A DNA stretch of 64,000 bases from an uncultured delta proteobacterium (GCA_963784735.1 CAWASK010000004.1:9427-73426), one strand, 5' to 3'. Numbered from the stretch's first letter, positions 19,604-29,036 are shown. Numbers and translations are program-made. Notes: generated by a model not told the origin, from the sequence alone.

Positions 19604-20713
19604 GTGGATACTGATCATACCGGCAAAACCGGTATCGGCAGCAATGGAAAACGCAGGAAAACAGCGGTCATCTTTTTTGCCATCCTCTTTGTTGCGGGCG
19701 TCTTTTCCGTCCTCTTCTACATGCAATACCAGAAGACCCACATCTCGACGGACGATGCCTTCGTGAGCGGTAAAATCCACGTGATCGCCTCCAAGATATC
19801 GGGCACCGTGCAGGCCATTCATTTCGATGACAACAAGGCCGTGAAAAAAGGCGACCTCATCTGCGAGATCGACCCCGTGGACCAGGACGTGAGGGTGAAA
19901 GAGTCCGGGGCGCTGCTCGAGGCGGAAAAATCAAAACTTGTCGAGACCCGGGAGAAAATCACTGTTGCCGAAAAGCAGCTCACCGAGGCCGGGCACCGCC
20001 TGGCATCGGCCAGGGCAAACCTCGACTTGCAGCTCAGCAATCTGAAGCAGGCCGGGCTTGACCTGAAGAGGGCGGAGAGCCTCATTAAAAAAGACGTGAT
20101 TTCCCAGGACAGGATGGACAGGACCAGGACCGCTTATGAAATGGCCTCGGCCCGGGCCCAGACCGCGCGGGAGGAGTTGAAGCAGGCCGAAGCCTCGGTG
20201 GAGACACAGAAGGCCCTCATCCGCCAGACGCGCTCGTCCCTGACGGCGCAGAGCTCCATAGTGGGCCAGAGGGAGGCCTCCCTCAAGGCCGAGAAGCTCA
20301 AGCAGGGGTACACAAAGATTTATTCCCCGGCCGACGGTTACATCACCCGGAAGTCGGTGGAAGTGGGCAACCAGATCCAGCCCGGGCAGCCGCTGATGTC
20401 GGTCGTGCCGCTGGAGGACACCTGGATCGTGGCGAATTACAAGGAGACCCAGCTGGCCGGGGTGAAGCCGGGACAGAAAGTCCGGATCAAGGTGGACATG
20501 TATTCCGGCAAGACCTTTGAAGGCGTGGTGGACAGCATCATGGCCGGGACCGGGTCGGCCTTTTCGCTCTTTCCCCCGGAAAACGCCACCGGCAACTACG
20601 TCAAAATAGTCCAGCGCATCCCCGTGAAGATCACACTCAAAAAAGGGGCTGACCCGGACCATGTCCTGCGGGTCGGGATGTCGGTTGTCCCGACAATCCT
20701 GGTAGAGGACTGA
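19604..20713 (+). CDS. HlyD-family membrane fusion protein (EmrA-like)
   Basis: GTG start. It has a TM helix 'AVIFFAILFVAGVFSVLFY', then 'TDDAFVSGKIHVIASKISGTVQAIHFDDNKAVKKGDLI', a long coiled coil, and 'ADGYITRKSVEVGNQIQPGQPLMSVVP'. Confidence 0.9.
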   Translation: MDTDHTGKTGIGSNGKRRKTAVIFFAILFVAGVFSVLFYMQYQKTHISTDDAFVSGKIHVIASKISGTVQAIHFDDNKAVKKGDLICEIDPVDQDVRVKESGALLEAEKSKLVETREKITVAEKQLTEAGHRLASARANLDLQLSNLKQAGLDLKRAESLIKKDVISQDRMDRTRTAYEMASARAQTAREELKQAEASVETQKALIRQTRSSLTAQSSIVGQREASLKAEKLKQGYTKIYSPADGYITRKSVEVGNQIQPGQPLMSVVPLEDTWIVANYKETQLAGVKPGQKVRIKVDMYSGKTFEGVVDSIMAGTGSAFSLFPPENATGNYVKIVQRIPVKITLKKGADPDHVLRVGMSVVPTILVED

Positions 20714-20719
20714 TCCCGT

Positions 20720-22253
20720 ATGCAGAGCAATAAATGGCTCGTGGCCGTCACGGTCATGCTGCCCACGCTCATGGTCATCATCGACACTTCCGTCGTGAAC
20801 GTGTCCCTCGATCACATCCGGGGGAGCCTCTCGGCCGGAATCGACGAGGCCACCTGGTCCATTACGTCGTACCTGGCCGCGAACGCGGTCATGATCCCGA
20901 TGACGGGCTGGATGAGCCGCTATTTCGGGCGCAAGCGCTATCTGCATTTCTCCGTGGGCCTTTTCACACTGAGTTCGCTGCTGTGCGGCGCGGCCTGGAA
21001 CATCGAAAGCCTTGTCTTCTTCCGGATTGTCCAGGGCATCGCGGGGGGATCGCTCCAGCCCATTTCCCAGTCCATTCTCCTCGAGACCTTTCCCCCAGTC
21101 CAGCACGGGACGGCAATGGCCATTTACGGAGCCGGCGTGATGGTGGGCCCTGTCATCGGGCCTCTCCTGGGGGGCTGGATCACCGACAACTGGTCGTGGC
21201 CGTGGATCTTCTATATCAATATTCCCATGGGCATCATTGCGATTTTCATGTCGATGGTGTTCATCAAGGACCCCCACTACATGCAGGCCCTCAAGGTCAA
21301 GGTCGATTACTGGGGACTGGCCTTTCTGGCGGTCGGGATCGGCTGCCTGCAGATGGTGCTTGACCGCGGGGAAAGGTACGACTGGTTTGCATCGGACGCC
21401 ATGGTCTGGATGATGATAATCTCCGTGACTGCCCTGGCGCTTTTTGTGATAATCGAGCTTTTCTACGCGGAGCACCCCATAGTGGACCTGCGGGTATTCA
21501 GGAACACGTCTTTCACGGTGGGCAACATCATGATGATCGTTTTCTTCGTGAACCTCTTCGGCTCCGTTGTCCTGCTGCCCCTTTACCTGCAGACCCTGAT
21601 GGGATACACGGCCACCCTGGCCGGGTTCGTGCTCGGCCCGGGGGCGTTCGCTTCCATAATAAGCATGCCGCTTGCCGGCAAACTGGTCAACCGCATGAAC
21701 CCGAAGATTGTCCTCGCCGCCGGGATTGTCGCGACCTCATACGCCAGTTACAGGATGTGCCTCTTCGACCTGCATACGGATTTTACAACGGTGTTCTGGG
21801 CGCGGGGGCTGCAGGGCTTCACGATGAGCTTTGTTTTCATTCCGCTGCTGACGTTGACGCTCTCGGGGATAAAAAAAGAGAACATGGCCAACGCCACTTC
21901 GGTCTTCAATTCATTGAGGACCCTGGGAGGGAGCTTCGGCGTGGCGTTCATAGCCACCATGCTCTCCCGGCGGGCCCAGTTCCATCAGTCAAGGCTTGGC
22001 GAGCATTTCACTCCATTTGACCAGATCTTAAGCGGGACTGCCGAGAAGCTCTCCGGCTTCCTCCAGGGGAGGGGGATGGATGCGTTTTCCTCTGCCAAAG
22101 GGCAGCTCGGCGATGATTTACGACCACCTGCAAAAACAGGCATCCATGATGGCCTTCAGCGATGTCTTCTTCCTGTTGGCGTTCTTCCTGATCGCCATTC
22201 TGCCGCTGGTCTTTTTCCTTGTCCGCATCAGGCACAAGGCCGAAGCTCACTAG
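20720..22253 (+). pseudogene. DHA2 (EmrB/QacA) family MFS efflux transporter, one frameshift near 22105 as sequenced
   Basis: 14-TM MFS with 'MLPTLMVIIDTSVVNVSL' and 'GWMSRYFGRKR'. The true tail 'GAMIYDHLQKQASMMAFSDVFFLLAFFLIAILPLVFFLVRIRHKAEAH*' is in another frame and ends at the TAG at 22251-22253. Confidence 0.85.
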
Positions 22254-23484
22254 GGGCAGCCCCTCCGGCCCGTTCAGGTTTTTTCTCGCGCAGGAAACAG
22301 CGGGGGTCTTCGGCGAGGTAATCGCCGCTGTAAGCGAGGGCCCGCCCCCGGCAGCCTCCGCACACCGTCCGGTAGTCGCATTCCCCGCACAGGCCCTTGA
22401 GCTTTTGTTCCCGTTCCCGGAGGTCCCTGAATACCTGCGATGAGGTGTAGATTTTACCGAAGGTCTCATCGCGGACGTTCCCGCCGCTGACTTCCACAAA
22501 AGGGCAGGGCCACACATCGCCGTTGGCCTTTATGTAAACAAATCCCCGGCCCGCCGCGCAGCCGTGGAAGACTTTCCCGGCCGTCTTGAGCTTCCACCCC
22601 CGGTTGAACCCTTTTTTCTCCAGCAGATAGGGCCAGTACTGCGGGCCGGCAACAGGTTCGATAATGGTCTTGACCTTCTTCTGCCTCGCGGAAATCAATT
22701 CGCTCAGCGCCTGGTTGGCTGATTTTTTCAGGGTGGCGGATTTTATCTTTTCGCCGCGGCCCACGGCGACCAGCTGGTACATGAGCATGATCCCGGCGTC
22801 CTGGGACTCGACGAAATCAATTAGCCCTTCGAGGTGGGGCATGTTGTACTCCATGGCGGTGGTGTTCACCTGGAGAAGGATCCCCGCCTTTTTCGTGGCT
22901 TCCATGCCGCGGATTGCCAGGTCGTAGGCGTCGGGCTTGTTGCGGATCTTGTTGTGCACATCGGGGTCGGCGGCATCGAGGCTGATCGCGTTGCAGGCCA
23001 CGCCGTGCTCTTTGAGCTTCCAGGCGGTTTCCTCGTCGATGAGGGTCCCGTTGGTGGCGATTATGTTGACCAGGCCCGCGGCCTGGGAATGCCTGAGGAG
23101 CTCGAAGATATCCTTGCGGACAAGAGGTTCGCCTCCCGTGTAGATAAGGGTCCGGAACTCGTCGAGTTCGGCTATCTGGTCGATGAGCCTCTTGCCCTCG
23201 TCAGTGGTCAGCTCATCGGGGGCCGGCTCGCCGCTCACAGCGTGGCAGTGGATGCAGCGCAGGTTGCAGGCGCCGGTGACTTCCCAGACGGGATGGCCGG
23301 GATAGCCGATGCAGCCCATGCCGAGGGACCCGTTGGATACGGGGATCGAGCGGATGCTGTGCCTGGCCATCCACTGGGGAAGCTTTTCCCAGTCGTTGAG
23401 GTATGCCATCAGCAGGGCGCTTCCCAGCTGCCTGAACAGCAGGGAGGGGGGCCAAAAACTGGATTTCGCGAGTCTCTTCATCAC
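22228..23484 (-). CDS. membrane-anchored radical SAM protein with C-terminal SPASM domain, function unknown
   Basis: It has an N-terminal hydrophobic segment 'SSFWPPSLLFRQLGSALLMAYL'. The rSAM cluster is 'VTGACNLRCIHCH' and the GGE motif is 'IYTGGEPLV'. SPASM cysteines: 'HGCAAGRGFVYIKANGDVWPCPF...CGECDYRTVCGGCRGRA'. The start overlaps the stop of the upstream prenyltransferase (GTGATG). Confidence 0.85.
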   Translation of the reverse strand: MMKRLAKSSFWPPSLLFRQLGSALLMAYLNDWEKLPQWMARHSIRSIPVSNGSLGMGCIGYPGHPVWEVTGACNLRCIHCHAVSGEPAPDELTTDEGKRLIDQIAELDEFRTLIYTGGEPLVRKDIFELLRHSQAAGLVNIIATNGTLIDEETAWKLKEHGVACNAISLDAADPDVHNKIRNKPDAYDLAIRGMEATKKAGILLQVNTTAMEYNMPHLEGLIDFVESQDAGIMLMYQLVAVGRGEKIKSATLKKSANQALSELISARQKKVKTIIEPVAGPQYWPYLLEKKGFNRGWKLKTAGKVFHGCAAGRGFVYIKANGDVWPCPFVEVSGGNVRDETFGKIYTSSQVFRDLREREQKLKGLCGECDYRTVCGGCRGRALAYSGDYLAEDPRCFLREKKPERAGGAAPSELRPCA

Positions 23485-24407
23485 CAGTACGCCAGGATGT
23501 AGGATGCCGTCGTGCCCAGGTTCACCACGATCGTGAGCCCGCAGGTCGTTTCCATTAATTTGCGGTTGTATTGCCTGTTGTACGCCAGCAGGAACAGGGC
23601 GGCAACGGAAACCAGTGCCACCGGCACGTAAAGATAAAGCGCCTTGGAGGGCACCCCCGCCTTTATCGAGAGGAAAAAACCGATCCAGGAAAGGAAGGTC
23701 ATGCCGAAATATATCAGCTTCCCCCGGGATTTTCCGAACCGGACAAGCAGGTTGCGCTTCCGCGATTCCCGGTCGCCCTCATAATCCGGGAATTCATTGA
23801 CCAGGATGACATTGAAAATGGAGGCCGCGATGGGGACCGAGAGCCAGTTGATTATGGGGTGCAGGTATGCGGCCTGGATGTAGAATGCCGCGGCCACGGG
23901 CAGCCACCCGTAGCAGAACCCGATGAAGCATTCGCCGAATCCCGTCTCCACGAGACGGACGGGCCTGGTGGAATAAAAAAATCCCGGGAGCGCCCCCATC
24001 GCCCCGAGCACGAGGGTGTAAGGCCCGGTTTTATAGTAGAACTGCAGGGCCAGGCCTATCAGGCCCGCCGCTATGAAAGCGGCAATGCTGGTCCGGAAGG
24101 GCACTTTCCCGGAAACGCGGCCCGTGGGCATCACGCCGGAACCGCCTGCAAACCGGCTCGGGTATATGCTCTTCGATATCGTGTCCTCCCGGATATCGAA
24201 ATATTCCCCGGCATGGTAGGTCGACAGCATTATCAGAATGACCGCAAAAGAGCCGAGCACGAAAATATCGAACCGGAAAACGTTTTCCAGCCTCCAGGCC
24301 AGCAAGGTGCCAAGGAAAAAAGGCAGGAGCCCGACAGAATGAAAGGGGGGCCTGGACAGGGTGACCCAGTCCATCAAAGACGATCTCGATATCTGGTTGT
24401 TGGACAT
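23481..24407 (-). CDS. UbiA-superfamily prenyltransferase, MenA-like
   Basis: 308 aa with about 8-9 TM helices. 'WVTLSRPPFHSVGLLPFFLGTLLA'; first Asp-rich motif degenerate ('GEYFDIREDTI'); second motif 'NEFPDYEGDRESRKRNLLVRFG' resembles MenA NxxRDxxxDxxxGKxTLxVRLG. Confidence 0.8.
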   Translation of the reverse strand: MSNNQISRSSLMDWVTLSRPPFHSVGLLPFFLGTLLAWRLENVFRFDIFVLGSFAVILIMLSTYHAGEYFDIREDTISKSIYPSRFAGGSGVMPTGRVSGKVPFRTSIAAFIAAGLIGLALQFYYKTGPYTLVLGAMGALPGFFYSTRPVRLVETGFGECFIGFCYGWLPVAAAFYIQAAYLHPIINWLSVPIAASIFNVILVNEFPDYEGDRESRKRNLLVRFGKSRGKLIYFGMTFLSWIGFFLSIKAGVPSKALYLYVPVALVSVAALFLLAYNRQYNRKLMETTCGLTIVVNLGTTASYILAYW

Positions 24408-24575
24408 TGACTACTGCGCCGTATCTGAGTTGAATGCGAGCGGTCAATCTATTTTAAGTCATTTTCGAAGTCAACACGAAACTGGGGGCCGGCAATCGGT
24501 TCAACCCGGTAATTTAGGCTTCCCTCCCGGGCTTTTTCAGGTTAAGTTCAGAGAAAAATCAGGGAGACGGGGACA

Positions 24576-25609
24576 ATGGGGGCCAGGGTTTATTTTTCGA
24601 AAAGTTTTGAAGCTCGCGGCGATCAGCGGCCTTTTTTCGAAAGCGCTTGCCGATTCGGGCATATCCTCCGGGAAGATAGCGGTCAAGGTCCATTTCGGGG
24701 AAAAGGGGAACACGAAGTTCGTCCAGCCGGACCAGGTCCGCCCCATTACCGAAGCGCTGCGGCAGGTAAGCCCGGAGGTCTTCCTCACAGACGCCAATAC
24801 CCTGTACAGGGGCATGAGGCTCAATGCGGCCGACCACCTGCAGATAGCCCGGGAGCACGGGTTTGGCCGGCTCGGCGTCCCGCTTGTGATCGCCGACGGG
24901 GAGAAGGGGGAGGACGAAAAGGAAATACCGATCGGGAAAAAAATCTTCCAGAAAGTGAAGATCGCGGCGCGGATAGCCGAAGCCGACGCAATCGTTGCCG
25001 TGTCGCACCTGAAGGGCCACATGCTGTTCAGTTTCGGCGGGGCCATAAAGAACCTGGGGATGGGGTGCGGCTCGCGGGCCGGGTAAGCTGGAAATGCATT
25101 CCCGGATAAAGCCTTCCGTCGGTGAGGGGTGCATCCTCTGCGACCAGTGCGTCGAGGTCTGTCCCGCAGACGCCATCGACACGGAAGGGGACTCCGCCGT
25201 CATCGACCACGACAAGTGCATAGGCTGCGCCCGGTGCATTGCCGCCTGCGAGGTCGAGGCCGTTTCGGTGCCCTGGGAGGGGGCGACTTCGCGGGAGGTG
25301 ATCGAGAGGTGCGCCGAATACGCCTACGGCGCCGCGCTGGGCAAAAAAGTAATCTGCTTCACTTTCATCAATAAAATCGCGAAAGACTGCGACTGCATGT
25401 CGGACTCGAAGATCATCGGGAAGGATGTGGGGATAGCGGCATCCACGGACCCGGTTGCCTGCGAACAGGCCGCCTATGACCTGACCTTGAAAAAACACAA
25501 CGGGCGGGACATCTTCCGGGAAGCCACTGGTGTCGATGGCAGGCGCATCATGGAATACTCGGAAGCCCTGGGCCTCGGGTCGCGGGAGTATGAACTGGTG
25601 CAGATTTAA
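24576..25609 (+). pseudogene. DUF362-domain protein with inserted 2x[4Fe-4S] ferredoxin domain, 2 frameshifts as sequenced
   Basis: - 'MGARVYFSK', frame switch near 24605.
- 'KIAVKVHFGEKGNTKFVQPDQVRPI...FLTDANTLY...AVSHLKGHMLFSFGGAIKNLGMGCGSRAG'.
- An extra T at about 25086 switches the frame to 'KLEMHS...CILCDQCVEVCP...CIGCARCIAACE...FINKIAKDCDC'. Confidence 0.8.
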
Positions 25610-25639
25610 TTAATTTTCGGCGCCCGGGGGATTGGTAGA

Positions 25640-25786
25640 GCTTAAAAAAATTCCATAAACCGAAGCACGTTTTGGCGGGAGGGGGAGGGAACTTCCCTCC
25701 GGCTCAAGGTCTTTTGCCTTCGGCAAAAGCCCCAATTCGCTCTCCGGGAAATTCCCTCCCCCTCCCGCCTGACCCAACGCTGAAAT
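25640..25786 (+). repeat. repeat module A, containing a 96-nt near-perfect hairpin at 25674-25769 capped by C(UUCG)G
   Basis: It is about 90% identical to the reverse complements of 52862-52998 and 53167-53304. The outer stem is GGCGGGAGGGGGAGGGAA / TTCCCTCCCCCTCCCGCC (18 bp) and the apical stem-loop is CTTTTGCC-TTCG-GGCAAAAG. Confidence 0.9.
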
Positions 25787-26070
25787 TAATTAGTTCTCTA
25801 ACTTCTGTTTTGGACGTCATCCGTGAGCGAAGCGAAAGGATCTCTTTAGCACGTTATCGATGAGGATCTTCTTCGCTCAATCCTGAGCAGCAAGATCCTC
25901 AGAATGAGCGACCCTCCGGCAGCTCTCTAAAGCAAGAGTTCTCTAATTCTTGCAAGTCATCCTGAGCGAAGCGAAGGATCTCTTCCGCGTAAATAGATTC
26001 TTCAGTCGCGGAATTTATCCTGAGCCTGTCGAAAAGCTCCTTCAGAATGACGAGATAATGAGCAAACCTG
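25787..26070. repeat. cluster of short palindromic repeats of the GTCATCCTGAGCGAAGCGAAGGATCTC type, inserted between modules A and B
   Basis: There are near-identical copies at 25816-25844 and 25956-25982. Degenerate or inverted relatives lie at about 25861-25910 (stem TGAGGATCT...AGATCCTCA) and about 26013-26050. Confidence 0.8.
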
Positions 26071-26217
26071 CGGCGTGAGGAGCGGGCGGGATTTATTCCG
26101 GAGGGCAGATTTGGCTGACTTCACAATTCGACCACTTATGTCATTATGCACGGCGGTGACGTGAAGCAGACACAGACCCAGGAATGAAGCCCGACCGCTC
26201 CGGGGGCTCGGTAAAGC
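26071..26217 (+). repeat. repeat module B (second rod-like hairpin module)
   Basis: It is about 90% identical to the reverse complements of 52693-52837 and 52999-53144. Long-range stem: GGAGCGGGCGGG / CCCGACCGCTCC. Inner stem: 8 bp here (GACTTCAC / GTGAAGCA with one mismatch, 26117-26124 / 26161-26168). The perfect 9-bp form GCTTCAC... / ...GTGAAGC occurs in copy B'2. Confidence 0.9.
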
Positions 26218-26235
26218 TCTCAAAAAGCTTTCCAG

Positions 26236-27366
26236 CTAGGTTGTGCCTTCAGGCTTCGTCCTGCCCCGCCTTTTCAGGTACGAGTCCCACAATTTTGCTG
26301 CCGGCGACCCTGCTGAGTTGAGCGCCCCCTGCGGGCACACTTCCAGACAGCAGTAGCAGCGGATGCATTTTTCGTAATCGAAGCCGAGCGTCTTTTCCTC
26401 CCCGCTGATGGCGTGCGCCGGGCAGAACTCCCAGCACTCCCCGCACATTGTGCACTGCGCGTGATTTACGGCCGGTTTGCGGACGAGGTATTTGCGGATG
26501 AGTCCGTGAAGGGGTTTGGGCCCGAAGACGAGGGGGACATACCCGGAAGGTCGAAATTTTTGACCAGGGGCAGCGGGCCGTCCACAGCAGGCTCGCCCGT
26601 AATGTAACCCAGCCTTTGCGCCGCCCTGCAGGTGAACAGCTCTTCCGGTCTGATCCCGAGCATCTTGCAGACGGCCATGTCAAGGCAAAGGCGTCATTGC
26701 TTCCCATCAGGACCCCGACCGTGCCGCGGCTTGCCGCTTTTCCCCGGCCCTTCTCCCTCCATCGCCAGGATGCCGTCAAGGATGGTGATGAAGGGGTTCA
26801 CGGCCTTGTGGATCAGGACGATCAGCTCGGCGAACCTCTCGACCTCGACGCCCGTGCGCAGGTGCCATTGCGGTTTCCTCAGCCCCACAATGCAGCCGAA
26901 AGTGTTTTTGACCCCGAGGGTGAGCAGCATGGAGTTGTGGGTCTTGAGCTTCGGCAGGTTGATGATGAAGTCCGCGTCAAATACATCCCCGGCTATTTCT
27001 ATTTTCCCGAAGGGGGGGCCGATATCGAAGGCGACCGAGTTCTTAAGGGGCCGGCATTCGACATCCAGGCCCGGAAGGGCTTCCGTTACTCCGTTGTCTT
27101 TGAGGAGTTTATTGAATGAGCCCACTGCGGGGCTGTCGGCCACCAGGGCGCGCGCGCCCTCTGGCCAGGACATATTCGACGGCGGCCCGGATAATTGGCG
27201 GATGCGTCAGCACCGCCTCATCCGGGCTTCGCCGCGGTAAGAAAATTGGGCTTGATCAGTACCCTGGAGGATCTGCCAATCCGGCCGCCTCCCAGGGAAT
27301 CCAGCAGGGAAAATATGCCGGGCGCAACGAGTTGTAATCGTACTGGATTTCGAATATACTTTTCAT
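26236..27366 (-). pseudogene. DUF362-domain protein with C-terminal 4Fe-4S ferredoxin domain, at least 5 frameshifts as sequenced
   Basis: 'MKSIFEIQYDY' (ATG at 27366) ... 'VLIKPNFLTAAKP' ... 'ALVADSPAVGSF...IINLPKLKTHNSMLLTLGVKNTFGC...ILDGILAMEGEGPG' ... 'VGVLMGSNDAFAL' ... 'AVCKMLGIRPEEL' ... 'CGECWEFCPAHAI...CIRCYCCLEVCP'. Confidence 0.8.
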
Positions 27367-27519
27367 AGGTTGACCTGCAGAGGCAGGATTTTGCCGGTAC
27401 CTTGCCCATTTCGCTCAGCGTGTTTATTTCTAACACAAGGAATCCGGCCTGTCCATCGCTGAGCCGTCCGGCGTCAGGGCCTGCGGAGCGGACCTTTATG
27501 ACTTGGTGCGACTTTTATG

Positions 27520-28938
27520 TCACGCGGGCGGCCGGTCTTCCGGGAAACGGACTTCCGCAGGATAATCTATCTCGGAGGCGACCGTGGTCGACGCCGTGAT
27601 TTGCCTCAGGTCTATGGGCTTCGTCGTGATACGCAGGCCTTCTCTCAGCAGTTTGGGCGGCACCAGCGCGGTGATGCAGAAAGGGATGATGCTTCGATCT
27701 TTCTGCAGGATGACGCCGGGCGGCGGGATCCCGACCGTTTTTATCTCCACCGGGAAGGATCTGGCATGGAGCTTATAGGCGGTAATAGAATATGCGGTCG
27801 GGCTTGAGGCCTACAACGGTGAGGCTGCCGGGGGTCTTGATCATGTCCTTGGTGAGGGCGATTTCCTGCCCCCCCTGCTTGAGGCTGACAGGTCAAGGGA
27901 TATTTTCGAGCCCGAGGCGTCGAACAGGCGGAAAGCCTGTTCCGGGCCCATCAGCATAATTTTCGCGTCAACGAGCTTTGGCTCCTCGATGACCCATTCG
28001 GGGGCTATGTTGCGATATTCTATGGGCACGATGATAATCGCGCTGAACAGTTTCCCTCTGGTAGCCCAGCCCTATCCACACGAGCAGGGCCAGGAGGACT
28101 GCGGCGACTTTTTCGGCCAGATGCGCGCCGAACCAGGAAAAAATGGTCTTTTTTTCGCCGGGGAGACAGTCTGGCGAAGAAATCGTCAAGGGCGACCTTG
28201 AGCTGGGCGGCATTGTCCAGGACCTTCAGTTCGCCGTTCTGGGCGATTGAAATGGTGCCCCTTTCCTCGGACAGGACGATGCAGAGGGAGTCGCTGATAT
28301 CTCGGAAAGTCCCAGGGCAGCCGTGTGCCGGAGGCCAAGGTTGCCGAACTGCGGGAAATTCGAGGAAAGGGGCAGATGGCAGCCGAACTGGCGACTTTGC
28401 CGCTGTCCACGATGACCGCGCCGTCATGGCCGACGGAATTGGGGTCAAAGATGCTCTCCAGGAGCTCCTCGCTTAAGATCCCGTCCAGGCGAACGCCTCC
28501 CTGGATGTGCCTGTCCAGCGGATCTGCGCCCTGGAGCACTATCAGCGCCCCGACTTCATGGCGGGCCAAGTTGGCCGCGGTCTGGGCAAGGATCTCGATC
28601 TGCGTGCTCTGACGAAGATACAGGCGGCCTTTTTCCTGAACCCGCCCCACATCGCGATCCTCTCAAAGAACCTGCGCAGCTCTTCCTGGAAAAGGACGAT
28701 AAAGGCAAAGATAATGACCGCAAAGAGCGATTGCAGGAGGACGGCCGTCATATAAAGCTGAGCCAGCGGGACAGGAAGTAGACAAGGCCGAGTAGGCCAA
28801 TGCCCGCCAGCACCAGCCGGGACCTTGTTTTCCGGAACCAGACGAGGAGGCCGTAAAAGGCGACCCCGATCAGCAGATATCAAGCAGATCAGGACCCGGA
28901 ATGAATGAATCGTGAAGCCAAGCGATATTTATACTCAA
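27520..28938 (-). pseudogene. cdaA: diadenylate cyclase (CdaA/DisA_N type) running into a YbbR-like region with no stop between them as sequenced; at least 6 frameshifts
   Basis: - TM N-terminus: 'DLLDIC/LIGVAFYGLLVWFRKTRSRLVLAGIGLLGLVYFLSRWL'.
- DAC core: 'HEVGALIVLQGADPLDRHIQGG...IFDPNSVGHDGAVIVDSGKVA', '[34 protein letters not shown]'.
- Then 'GEKKTIFSWFGAHLAEKVAAVLLALLVWIG' and YbbR-like 'IIVPIEYRNIAPEWVIEE...VEIKTVGIPPPGVIL'.
- The start (TTG at about 28938) is uncertain. Confidence 0.75.
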
Positions 28939-29036
28939 AAAAGATTATCCAGCACCTCGGGCGTTCAAAACCTTAACAGTGGGCGAAATCCAACGCCATC
29001 GCAGCGAGGTTTGCACCCGTTGAGGCTATAAAGCTG

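Noticed and set aside
19931-21475. A 514-aa minus-strand ORF, and similar long ORFs such as 53379..54524 (+), 23571..24410 (+), 31442..32440 (+), 45301..46128 (-) and 46824..47630 (-).
   Set aside because: All lie antisense to genes with clear family signatures (HlyD/EmrB, hypothetical/ABM, UbiA, GspE, fumarate hydratase, NadB). All have R/G/P/H/D-rich low-complexity composition, which is typical of shadow ORFs in GC-rich DNA.
25672-25863. ORFs 25672..25863, 52878..53078 and 53169..53375, which would encode related 'proteins' (MGGNFPQANRGFCRRQKTLSRREV...).
   Set aside because: They are translations of the hairpin repeat modules. Their similarity comes from the DNA repeat, their composition is not protein-like, and they lack an RBS.
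26694-26696. An in-frame TGA between two same-frame DUF362 ORF pieces (26694..27173 and 26466..26678) looked like a possible selenocysteine codon.
   Set aside because: The conserved family segment 'VGVLMGSNDAFAL' that belongs between the two pieces is encoded in a different frame. The TGA therefore lies in an out-of-frame stretch between two compensating frameshifts. No SECIS-like hairpin was seen.
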